The position numbers and the translations under genes are program-made. The notes below the pieces were generated by a model, which was not told the DNA's origin, ran no database searches, and saw only the letters and a list, made by a program, of their open reading frames with translations. DNA of 64,000 nt, taken from assembly GCA_016861085.1 (NCBI GenBank), contig BOKR01000001.1, positions 991,298 to 1,055,297 on the forward strand. The letters are read 5' to 3'. This document shows positions 41,210 through 52,477 of this stretch, piece by piece; within the stretch, counting starts at the first letter, position 1, and each line of letters begins with the position of its first letter. This stretch comes from Patescibacteria group bacterium (lineage in GTDB: Bacteria; Patescibacteriota; Microgenomatia; UBA1400; PJMF01).

Positions 41210-41284
41210 ATGAAAAAAACATACAAAAAACCAGCAGAAAAAGTTGAAAAACTATTGGTCTACACTGGTAATCAAACCCTCTAG
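41210..41284 (+). CDS. Putative RiPP-like precursor peptide, 24 aa MKKTYKKPAEKVEKLLVYTGNQTL
   Basis: Fills the gap between PqqD and GT2; GAAAGG SD 3 nt before ATG; YxxP leader motif; below the ORF-track size cutoff. Confidence 0.75.
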   Translation: MKKTYKKPAEKVEKLLVYTGNQTL

Positions 41285-41290
41285 TTAGAG

Positions 41291-42205
41291 ATGATTTCTG
41301 TTATAGTTGTGACGAGGAATAGGCAATCTCATTTGTTTGGTTGTCTAGTTTCCCTTTCAAAACAGACTAGACAGCCAAAGGAAATTCTAGTTATCGACAA
41401 TGCTTCGACTGATAACACTAGGGTAGTTGTTGAAGAATTTTCAAGGAAGTACCCTCACATTAAATACATTTATTGTTCAAAACTTGGAATTCCCTACTCT
41501 AGGAATATGTCTGTTGAAAAGGCTAAATATGACATACTTGCTTGTTTAGATGACGATTGCAACCCTGATTTGGATTGGTATGAGAATATTGAAAAACAGG
41601 CTGAATTAGCGAATAATTATGTACTTCAAGGAGGAGCTAAAAATCCCAATCCTACTAATGTACTTTCAACCACTCTTTTTTATCTAAATCAGAGATTTCT
41701 CAACCTAGAATTACTAATTAGCAATAATACTTATCGAAAGTATAAAGTTATTCATTTTTTTGATACAAAAAATTTCGTAATACACAAAAAACACATCAAA
41801 AAGGTTGGTCATTTTTTAAATGAAAAACACATTCTCGCTGCAGACTTATTCTTCCAAAAGGATCTCGAAAATAACAACATTAAAATTCTCTACTTGCCTG
41901 GCATAGATGTATACCACAGTTACATGACAAATTTATTTGGATATTTGAACAAAATCATTTGGGCAAAAAAATGCAAGCAAATTTTTGGTTCTGTTCAACT
42001 CATACATACAAAAAAATTAGAATCAACCAAAAACTTGTTTGGTATGGATAGGGTTGCTAAAGTTCAAACAACATTTTACAAGAAACTTAAAAAAATAAAC
42101 CAAGATTTTTTTGATACTTGTGCAGCAAAAATGAATTTTCCCAAAAAGATTATGCTTAAAACAACAGTTTTTTTGACGCAGTTGTATCTTGGTGACACTA
42201 TCTAA
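41291..42205 (+). CDS. GT2 glycosyltransferase
   Basis: SVIVVTRNR, DNASTD, CLDDDC, FDTKN. Confidence 0.9.
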   Translation: MISVIVVTRNRQSHLFGCLVSLSKQTRQPKEILVIDNASTDNTRVVVEEFSRKYPHIKYIYCSKLGIPYSRNMSVEKAKYDILACLDDDCNPDLDWYENIEKQAELANNYVLQGGAKNPNPTNVLSTTLFYLNQRFLNLELLISNNTYRKYKVIHFFDTKNFVIHKKHIKKVGHFLNEKHILAADLFFQKDLENNNIKILYLPGIDVYHSYMTNLFGYLNKIIWAKKCKQIFGSVQLIHTKKLESTKNLFGMDRVAKVQTTFYKKLKKINQDFFDTCAAKMNFPKKIMLKTTVFLTQLYLGDTI

Positions 42206-42222
42206 AGTATAATACAACTCCA

Positions 42223-42972
42223 ATGCATAAAAGTTTTTGTATCGATTTAGCATCAAAAAAGGTAGAGATTTCTGCAAATACAGATAATGTTTTCGAACAC
42301 TTAATGCAAAGTTATAGTAACTTTATCGTTAGAGATAGCAGAAAAACAAACATTAATTTACAGATCAAAGGCATTAAAACAAGAAAAAATTATAAACCGA
42401 TTAGTGATATTTCATCCAGAAGTGGAAAAATTATTATTCCCAACAACGCCAATCTAAGTTTTTCTGAAATACACTTTAATATCAAAATTGTTCTAACTCA
42501 ACTTCTAATTCAAGATGATTTTATGCTTCTGCACGCTTCGGCATTCATAAAGAATAATAATATGTATATTATGAGTGCTCCGTCTGGAACTGGCAAATCA
42601 ACAACTTGTAGATTTGCAAAAGAAAAAGGATTAAATGTTGTTTGCGATGACTCTGTTTTGCTAAGGGTCGAAAACAGAAAACTAATCGGGTATACAACTC
42701 CTTATATCGAAACTCATAAAAAGGTTTCTTCTCCACAATCATATCAGGTTGCTGGGATATACTTTTTGCATCAATCTAAAACAGACAAACTACAAAAACA
42801 AAACACCGTTGAATCAGTACGAAGCATTTTGTTTAATAGTTATATTTTTCAAAATGACTACAAAGAAAAGTATATAAGCAAGTATTTTTCTTTAGCCCAT
42901 GTGATAGCTAGTAGAACGAAAACGTACGATCTGTTTTTTACCAAATCTTCAAAATTTTTGGGAATAATTTAG
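42223..42972 (+). CDS. HPr kinase-related P-loop kinase
   Basis: LLHASA, Walker A APSGTGKST, VCDDSVLL, TPY. Confidence 0.85.
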   Translation: MHKSFCIDLASKKVEISANTDNVFEHLMQSYSNFIVRDSRKTNINLQIKGIKTRKNYKPISDISSRSGKIIIPNNANLSFSEIHFNIKIVLTQLLIQDDFMLLHASAFIKNNNMYIMSAPSGTGKSTTCRFAKEKGLNVVCDDSVLLRVENRKLIGYTTPYIETHKKVSSPQSYQVAGIYFLHQSKTDKLQKQNTVESVRSILFNSYIFQNDYKEKYISKYFSLAHVIASRTKTYDLFFTKSSKFLGII

Positions 42973-43904
42973 ATTACTTTGTTATAATCTTGAAATTTAT
43001 TGTCCATGTTGATACCGATATAATATACGAGGTAGTGTTTATTATGTTTATAGAGACAAAAATTCGGAAATGAACTATAAAGCTTTTGCATATTTTTTCT
43101 AACATTGTCAATTTCAGCAGCGAAGTTAAAAAAGATGATTCCATCTTTTTTAAGTATTCTATGAAGCCCATTTAAAAATGCTTTTGAAAATAATTGTTTA
43201 GGAAGTCGCCCATCAATAAATAGATCAATAAATATGAAATCGTATTTACTTTTCGATTCTTTTACAAAGTCAAATGCATCACTATTAATTTGGAAAATTT
43301 TTGCTGAATCTGTATTTTTAATTAATGGTAAAAAATAATTGGCTCCAATTTCACTAATTTTTGTATTGATCTCCACAGAGTCAACTTTCCTCACATTTCT
43401 CAAAATCGCTGTTACACAAGGAACAGATTCTGCACCACCACCTAGTACTAGAACATCATTATTTTTTGTGTTTTTTGACTGTAAGATGTCTCTAACAACC
43501 TTAAAATGAACGCATCTATCGTAAGGAAAAAGTGAAACTTTTGAGTGTGTCCAGTATACTCCAGGTGTTTTTTCATAAAAAGCTATTCTGGCTGATTCTT
43601 GAACCAAATCAAATCTTAGATGATCAACGACTGAGTGTTTCTTTTCGTCTATGTAAAAATCAGTAATGTGTATAAACAACCCCTGCTTTTTAAGCAAAAA
43701 GTAAAAGTAAATCAAGCTCAACAATAATACAACTACAACTACGCATGAAATAAGGAAATCTACCTTTAGCGAAATAAGTAGCAATACAAATAGCAGTACA
43801 AAATATGCTATTAATTTTTTGCTACCGTAAGGAGTTCCCTTGATGTACATGTTCCTATCATAATTTCTTATAACTTTTCTAAATAAAAAAATAAGTGTTG
43901 ACAT
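42969..43904 (-). CDS. Membrane-anchored class I SAM-binding protein (spermidine-synthase-like methyltransferase)
   Basis: Two TMs; VLVLGGGA, VEIN, DAFDFV, YDFIFIDLF, LKKDGI. Confidence 0.8.
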   Translation of the reverse strand: MSTLIFLFRKVIRNYDRNMYIKGTPYGSKKLIAYFVLLFVLLLISLKVDFLISCVVVVVLLLSLIYFYFLLKKQGLFIHITDFYIDEKKHSVVDHLRFDLVQESARIAFYEKTPGVYWTHSKVSLFPYDRCVHFKVVRDILQSKNTKNNDVLVLGGGAESVPCVTAILRNVRKVDSVEINTKISEIGANYFLPLIKNTDSAKIFQINSDAFDFVKESKSKYDFIFIDLFIDGRLPKQLFSKAFLNGLHRILKKDGIIFFNFAAEIDNVRKNMQKLYSSFPNFCLYKHNKHYLVYYIGINMDNKFQDYNKVI

Positions 43905-43975
43905 AAATCCTGATAATTATAGTAAGAATGTTAACTAATTCAATCGGAGAAATGTTATATAATTTCTGAGCATAT

Positions 43976-44863
43976 ATGAAAAGAGCTTGGAAATATTATT
44001 CTGGTGTGTTTGCACATGAAAACGAACTTGATGACATTCTTTCTGGTTGGTATGGTCTGAGGAAATTTGGTTATGACGTAGTTAACTATTTAGAACCAAA
44101 AATTATAGTTGAACTTGGTACCCATAAAGGAACTTCTTTTTTATCTTTCTGTAATTCAGTTAGAAACAATACATTGAGTACAAAATTATATGCCATAGAT
44201 ACTTGGCAAGGTGACTCACAAACCGGCCTTTACGTTTCTGAAGTTTTAGAGAAACTAAAAAAGATAATAAAAAAACACTACTCTACCCAAAACATAAAAT
44301 TGGTAAAGAAAAGTTTTAATACTGCTGTCACACAGTTCAAGAACAAAAAAATAGATCTATTGCATATTGATGGACTTCATACTTATAACGCTGTTAAAAA
44401 TGATTACAACTTGTGGAACAAACTTACGAGTGAAAACGGTCTGATCATTTTTCACGACATTCACTGCAAAAACCCTGGATTTGGAGTTCACATATTCTGG
44501 AGTGAAATAAAAAAAGAAAATTATACATTAGAACTAAAGCATTCAAATGGGTTGGGAATTTTGTTTAAAAACAGAGAAGTCTACGAAAAATTGAGACCTT
44601 TGGAAAGTTCCTGGCAAGCATACTATAGTACCGTTGCCCAGCTGGATTACTACAAAAATTTTCCCAAAAACAAAAAATCTTCGTTAGCAAAAGAATATGA
44701 AGAAAAGCTAAAAACTTTAGAAAAAGTAACAATTAGAAGAAATAATGAGCTGATAAAAGAAAATGATGCTCTTGTTAAGCAGCTAGCAACAATCAACAGT
44801 TCGAATATACAAAAGATTGCACAAAAATACTACTCTACTCGAAAAAAAATTATTGGTAAATAG
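43976..44863 (+). CDS. Class I SAM-dependent methyltransferase (Methyltransf_24-like) with C-terminal coiled coil
   Basis: VELGTHKGTS, IDTWQGD, LHIDGLHTY, FHD. Confidence 0.88.
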   Translation: MKRAWKYYSGVFAHENELDDILSGWYGLRKFGYDVVNYLEPKIIVELGTHKGTSFLSFCNSVRNNTLSTKLYAIDTWQGDSQTGLYVSEVLEKLKKIIKKHYSTQNIKLVKKSFNTAVTQFKNKKIDLLHIDGLHTYNAVKNDYNLWNKLTSENGLIIFHDIHCKNPGFGVHIFWSEIKKENYTLELKHSNGLGILFKNREVYEKLRPLESSWQAYYSTVAQLDYYKNFPKNKKSSLAKEYEEKLKTLEKVTIRRNNELIKENDALVKQLATINSSNIQKIAQKYYSTRKKIIGK

Positions 44864-44882
44864 CCACAAAAAAAGCGCTTAA

Positions 44883-45001
44883 TTCTGGCCTCGACCTATC
44901 TTCTCACTAGGGTTGCCCCTGCAATATTGTCAGCGCTGAGGCGTTTCAAGACTCTGTTCGGGAAGGGAAGAGTTGGGTCCACCTCGCTCCAGAGACCAGA
45001 A
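44883..45001 (-). rRNA. rrf: 5S rRNA
   Basis: Minus strand contains CCCGAAC and paired termini TTCTGG/CCAGAA; ~119 nt; downstream of 23S. Confidence 0.9.
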
Positions 45002-45204
45002 TTAAACGCTTTAATCTGTATTATACTTCTCTCTTAACTTGTTAATGGGTGCAAAATCGTGTTTTCACGAGGTTTGCACACTGTTGTTGTTGCAAGCAGC
45101 CAAACGGTTTGCACAACAACGTAATTTGAACTCTAACAAGTGAAGAAAATCTGCCATGGGTCAAAAAGTCATTTGGTCGATTGGCCATACAATTAGTAAA
45201 ATTT

Positions 45205-48118
<2,914 letters not shown>

Positions 48119-48305
48119 ATTTTAATTTAAAATTTTGCATGTTTGTATAATATTTTTCAATATGATACGGTTTGTAGCTTACTTATTATGTGCTTGAATT
48201 TGCATTCAAGCTCAAGTAATTATTTAATTCTTTAGTTAATCTCAAAATTGAAATTATAAAGATGTACGGCCAACTTAAATGATCAAATCATCTATTTGAC
48301 CTATA

Positions 48306-48336
48306 CATGACAGTTTTCTTCACTTGTTAAAGTTCA
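48306..48336 (-). promoter_or_regulatory. boxA-like element / 5' arm of the 23S processing stem
   Basis: Minus strand GAACTTTAACAAGTGAAGAAAACTGTCATG is complementary to the sequence at 45127-45158. Confidence 0.75.
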
Positions 48337-48587
48337 TCTTATAATTTTAAGTCTCAAAGCTTTCGGATTTATGCGTATAGAGCTTTTAAAAAACGTAGAG
48401 TTCAATATAATCTATACACCACCACTTATTTGACTTTAGCTTAGTTGCTAATTGTTAGTTCCTAGTTAATCCCGGGTGAGAGAAACCAAAGAACTAATAA
48501 CTAACAACCAATGTTATTTTAGTTTTCGCGCCAAAAAAAAAGAGTGATCAAATTATGAAAAGTAGTCTTATCCAGAGAAAAACTCTG

Positions 48588-48661
48588 TGGACCCTAAGGG
48601 GATCGAACCCTTCACCTCCTCATTGCAAATGAGGCGCTCTAGCCAGATGAGCTAAGGGCCC
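48588..48661 (-). tRNA. tRNA-Ala(TGC), CCA not encoded
   Basis: GGGCCCTTAGCTCATCTGGCTAGAGCGCCTCATTTGCAATGAGGAGGTGAAGGGTTCGATCCCCTTAGGGTCCA; G3:U70 pair. Confidence 0.96.
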
Positions 48662-48802
48662 CCTAGATTTGATCGTTTCTTTATTTTTTAAGCAATGTAA
48701 CGTTTCACAACGTTGCTGTTGGATATGATTTTGAGGGATTCTTGTCTAAAAAAAGACAAAGAATGTCGAATATGAATGTTTTCCCGAACAGTCAAGAGTA
48801 GT

Positions 48803-48831
48803 ATTGTATATCACACCAAAAATATTTGCAA
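48803..48831 (-). promoter_or_regulatory. Sigma70-type promoter for tRNA-Ala-23S-5S
   Basis: TTGCAA-17 nt-TACAAT on the minus strand, ~140 nt upstream of the tRNA. Confidence 0.7.
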
Positions 48832-48871
48832 GAGCAAAATGTAGGGTTAATGCACTATATAATGTAGTTAC

Positions 48872-49834
48872 ATGATAAATGAAGATTTTGAGATAACTAT
48901 ACTTAGTTCTGAAGAATTGGGACAAGAGGCTGAACAAAAAGAACTAACTCTAGATGAGTTGCTAGCTCTTCCACATCCCTTTGAACAAAATCCCGAATTA
49001 CTTGATTTAGTCGAAAACTATTTCCCTGGAAAAAATTACAGAGAACAACTTCTTGCTGCAACCCAACCTGGTATAAGTGATAATCCAGATGAACTTGAGA
49101 AATGGGAAGCTGAAGTAATCTTAAGAAGGAAACAAAAACTTCCAAATGACTTTGCTATTGCCCACCTGATACGAATTCTGTATGAAGAAACTTTCAGTGT
49201 ACGGCAATTTCAAGGAAAGCAGTCCGGATCTGAGGGGATGACATTAGGAGGTCTTTTGAGCCATCACTACTTTCGCCATAAAGTAGATGGAGTCGATTTG
49301 AATACAGTCTTGGATCTTGAAATAACCGAAAATACTTTTAAGGATGAATTTGAAAGATTAGTTAAAGATAATGATTTCAAATCACTAGAAAAATTGGTAA
49401 TACTGGTAACAGAGACTGCATTTACAGAACGATACTTTACCCAAGGACACGCCCACAGAATGAGAACCAACTTATTAAGAAGAAGAATGTATATCCACTC
49501 AGAAATGGCAGAAAATATGGGCTTTAGAGCCATAAAAGTTATCCATAGCAATCCTACACTACTACAAAAAGTAACAGACAAAAAACTTCTTGAGATTCCA
49601 AGAGTAGATTTTGAAACTAATTTACTCTATTTACTTCATAGACTTTGGGGAATCCTGGGAAACAGCCCTGGTGTGTTTTTTAGCGAGGGTGGGTATTACA
49701 AATATGAAGCTACAGAGGAATTACTTACTGGTCTTGAGCGACTTATTCTATTTCGAATCAATACTCAAACCCAAATATTATATAAATACCTCTCACCTTC
49801 AGGATACATAAACAATCAAAAAAAAACAGACTAA
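48872..49834 (+). CDS. Hypothetical protein
   Basis: 320-aa ORF with TATAAT 8 nt before ATG; no recognised motif. Confidence 0.7.
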   Translation: MINEDFEITILSSEELGQEAEQKELTLDELLALPHPFEQNPELLDLVENYFPGKNYREQLLAATQPGISDNPDELEKWEAEVILRRKQKLPNDFAIAHLIRILYEETFSVRQFQGKQSGSEGMTLGGLLSHHYFRHKVDGVDLNTVLDLEITENTFKDEFERLVKDNDFKSLEKLVILVTETAFTERYFTQGHAHRMRTNLLRRRMYIHSEMAENMGFRAIKVIHSNPTLLQKVTDKKLLEIPRVDFETNLLYLLHRLWGILGNSPGVFFSEGGYYKYEATEELLTGLERLILFRINTQTQILYKYLSPSGYINNQKKTD

Positions 49835-50277
49835 TACTCAACTCTTATCTCTTCAGGGTATCCATCCTTAATGTAAGTCCTTAACCGTACAGATTCTACA
49901 GCGATTGTAGCCAACACTGGTTTACCTTTATGCTTTAAGAGCGGTAGAGTTTGGTGTAATAGGAATGCGCCATTTAATTTAGCTGTCAATTCAGTAATCA
50001 TTTTATTTATTTGCTCAAGATCTTCAGTAAATGAAACTCTACCCCTAATTTGAGCAGTTTGTAAATCTTTTTCACCAATTACAGTCAAAACCACAGAAGG
50101 ATTCTCAATCATATTTTTATATTTTTGGGTTTCAGCCTTGGTAAGAAAAAAAATTTTAGAATCCTCAGCAACAAAATAAATTGTAGCTGCATCAATTACA
50201 CCTGTTTTTCTTAGTGTAGATAAGACTGCAATATTATAGTGATTGAGAAACGAGGCAACTTTTTCTTGGTCAGTCAT
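49831..50277 (-). CDS. Pyridoxamine 5'-phosphate oxidase-like FMN-binding protein
   Basis: AVLST, IFFLT...TQKYKNMIENPSV, QIRG. Confidence 0.85.
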   Translation of the reverse strand: MTDQEKVASFLNHYNIAVLSTLRKTGVIDAATIYFVAEDSKIFFLTKAETQKYKNMIENPSVVLTVIGEKDLQTAQIRGRVSFTEDLEQINKMITELTAKLNGAFLLHQTLPLLKHKGKPVLATIAVESVRLRTYIKDGYPEEIRVEY

Positions 50278-50293
50278 GCTTTAAGTATAACAT

Positions 50294-50572
50294 TTAATAA
50301 ACCATCAAGTCAGTTTCTGCGTCTAGCTCAGCTTCTAAGTCAGTAAAATCTTCATCTTCAATAACTGTGGCGTCTAGTTCAGACTCAATTGTTTGCAAAG
50401 AATCATCTTCAGATACTTCTGTAAAAGTTTCATCATCTCCAGTTACCTCATCAACGGTATATTGCAAGTCGGTATCCTTACTTTTACCAGGAAATAAAGT
50501 GCACCCGGCAAATAGAACAGCAATCACTGCCACCAGACCAACATTCATGAGTAATCTTGAACTACTAGCCAT
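50294..50572 (-). CDS. Small acidic lipoprotein
   Basis: Lipobox LFAGC after a hydrophobic stretch; D/E-rich body. Confidence 0.7.
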   Translation of the reverse strand: MASSSRLLMNVGLVAVIAVLFAGCTLFPGKSKDTDLQYTVDEVTGDDETFTEVSEDDSLQTIESELDATVIEDEDFTDLEAELDAETDLMVY

Positions 50573-50574
50573 AG

Positions 50575-51249
50575 TTACTCCTCGCTCTCTGAAGGCTCAA
50601 CAGAATCTGCATCTCCAGAAGCAGCTGCTCTAATTGCTTTGGCTACTTCTTTGTATGCTTGCAATACTTCTCTAAATGGATTTTTTAACTCTTTGACTTT
50701 AGCAATCACTTCACCAAGCGTTTCAGTTGAGGTAATCTCTATGTTTGCAATTTCTTCTATGAGCGCTAAAGCATTTTGGTATGCTTCCTCAAGTGCTGCA
50801 TCAGCTATTTCAAGTTTTTCTTGAGCTTGCGTCATATCAACACCTGTTTCTTTTAACTGGGTGATTCTGTTCTGTAGTTTTTCTGAAAGTTGTGAAAGTC
50901 TTTCATAATACTTCCCAACCTTTTCAGTCAAAACCTCTACAAATCGTGCAAGTTTTTCTGCAATCTTTTCTTGACGATCAGCTTGTAGCTGCTCACGTTT
51001 TTCTTCACGTTGCTCTTTCACCTCAGTTTTTTTCTGTTCTCTTTCTTGACTTCTTTCTTCTTTTTCAGCTTTCAATTGCGCTTTGTAGGCTTCAATTTGT
51101 TCTGCTTTTTGTGCCCTTAACTCAGCTTTATATGCTTCTATTTCTTCTTTGGTTTTTGGTGTTGTTGAACCCTCAACAGCAAACACTGCAGTGGTTGCAA
51201 ACAAAGCGAGGACAGCTAAAAACAAACCTACAGTTACTCTCATTTTCAT
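50575..51249 (-). CDS. Secreted coiled-coil protein
   Basis: Signal peptide ending AVFA; E/K/Q heptads; GAAAGGA SD. Confidence 0.75.
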   Translation of the reverse strand: MKMRVTVGLFLAVLALFATTAVFAVEGSTTPKTKEEIEAYKAELRAQKAEQIEAYKAQLKAEKEERSQEREQKKTEVKEQREEKREQLQADRQEKIAEKLARFVEVLTEKVGKYYERLSQLSEKLQNRITQLKETGVDMTQAQEKLEIADAALEEAYQNALALIEEIANIEITSTETLGEVIAKVKELKNPFREVLQAYKEVAKAIRAAASGDADSVEPSESEE

Positions 51250-51351
51250 ACAAATAGTATCCTTTCGGAGGCTATTACTTAATACAGTACGAGATAGTTA
51301 TACCATAGTACCATGAGAATTTGCTGAGAAAATTGCTACAGGAAAATAATT

Positions 51352-51406
51352 TAAAACAAAAAACCCCCTGATGAATAGAGCGCTTTGCTAGATCATCAAG
51401 GGGTTC
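51352..51406 (-). terminator. Probable intrinsic terminator after the carbonic-anhydrase-like gene
   Basis: Stem AACCCC(C/T)TGATGA...TCATCA(A/G)GGGGTT followed by a T-run on the minus strand. Confidence 0.55.
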
Positions 51407-51567
51407 CTACTTCTGCTTTGTTTTAGTAATTTCGCCTGGATCCGGAAAAAATAGTTTCCTTTGATCGATTGATCAAAAACACCAAAATATTTTCTCTGGA
51501 CCACAGGCGGAATCACCCGCTTGTGGTTGTAAATTGTGTTACTTACTAAGAAATGCTGGCGACAGTA

Positions 51568-52209
51568 TCAGCGAAAAGTCACAAAATTGATCTTTTCGCC
51601 ACTTTGGGCGACAAGTACTTTTTGGACAATCCGCCGTTGCTGTCTGTCGAAAATTTCGTTCACAGAGACAGAGATAGCATTCTGCATGTAGGTATTTTCC
51701 TTTTTGTCACCGGCCGCACATTTCAGGGCTTCGTACACTTTCTGTCCTTTGAACATGATGTGAGCCACGCCGCCACAGCCACAGTTGTGGCCAGAAGCGA
51801 TAACCTTTTTCACATTCAATTTTTCCAAACAATACTGGGCAATCACCCTCATCGCCTGGAGGCGATTCGGGTCCCCGGACTGACAGATTCCCGCGGCAAC
51901 AAAAACTGGCAGGATGAACAGCCGAGGATTGGTGTCAACCGCCCAGTTGTACAGGGGTCGTGCAAATCGTTGATCCATACACCCAACCAACAGGGCCACT
52001 TCTCTGCCTCCACCGTAATGCTTCAAAAATGCTGGCTCATCAGTCAGAGAAAAATCTGTGAGCGAATACCTCCCCGGCATCCATGGGGCCGCCAAAGGCG
52101 ATACTTTTGGAGTCGCCGAAGCTGAAACCAAATACAAATCTGCGCCAAAGTGCTGACTAGCTTTTAGAACTTTCGGCCAGTCGAGGCCATTTCCAGTTGT
52201 CTTTATCAT
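51568..52209 (-). CDS. Beta-carbonic-anhydrase-like protein
   Basis: VGCMDQR (CxDxR) and GHNCGCGG (H..C) Zn ligands; start probably MIKTT. Confidence 0.7.
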   Translation of the reverse strand: MIKTTGNGLDWPKVLKASQHFGADLYLVSASATPKVSPLAAPWMPGRYSLTDFSLTDEPAFLKHYGGGREVALLVGCMDQRFARPLYNWAVDTNPRLFILPVFVAAGICQSGDPNRLQAMRVIAQYCLEKLNVKKVIASGHNCGCGGVAHIMFKGQKVYEALKCAAGDKKENTYMQNAISVSVNEIFDRQQRRIVQKVLVAQSGEKINFVTFR

Positions 52210-52436
52210 GTTTTCACCTATCAATTTTTGAGATTGACTTCAAGAAAATGAAGTCTTGCTGATAAAAACTTCCATTTAGCACGTGATTGTTTAAACCACA
52301 AACGTGACAAAACAGAAGGGAGAAAAGAGCCACAAATAGCACCTTTCTTCCTTCTGCTTGAAACGTCTAAATATTAATTTGTTAAAGATCAAAACAGAAT
52401 TATGCGTTATACATAATCAACAATTCCGAAAAGACT

Positions 52437-52465
52437 ATTATAGGATAAAAATGGCAAAATTTCAA
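52437..52465 (-). promoter_or_regulatory. Near-consensus sigma70 promoter
   Basis: TTGAAA-17 nt-TATAAT. Confidence 0.75.
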
Positions 52466-52477
52466 GGGGTATCAAAA

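Noticed and set aside
38318-42972. Canonical lasso peptide or PQQ biosynthesis cluster
   Set aside because: No lasso cyclase, B2 protease, PqqB/C/E or radical SAM in the window; the peptide lacks a ring-forming core and the PqqA ExxxY core context.
51388-51570. About 60 open codons in frame after the TGA of the CA-like gene (readthrough, Sec or code 25?)
   Set aside because: The paralog ends at a similar position, other genes (murJ, PqqD) use TGA as a normal stop, and the region is better explained as structured RNA.
51553-52125. 190-aa plus-strand ORF
   Set aside because: Antisense to the CA-like gene in a GC-richer segment; no motifs.
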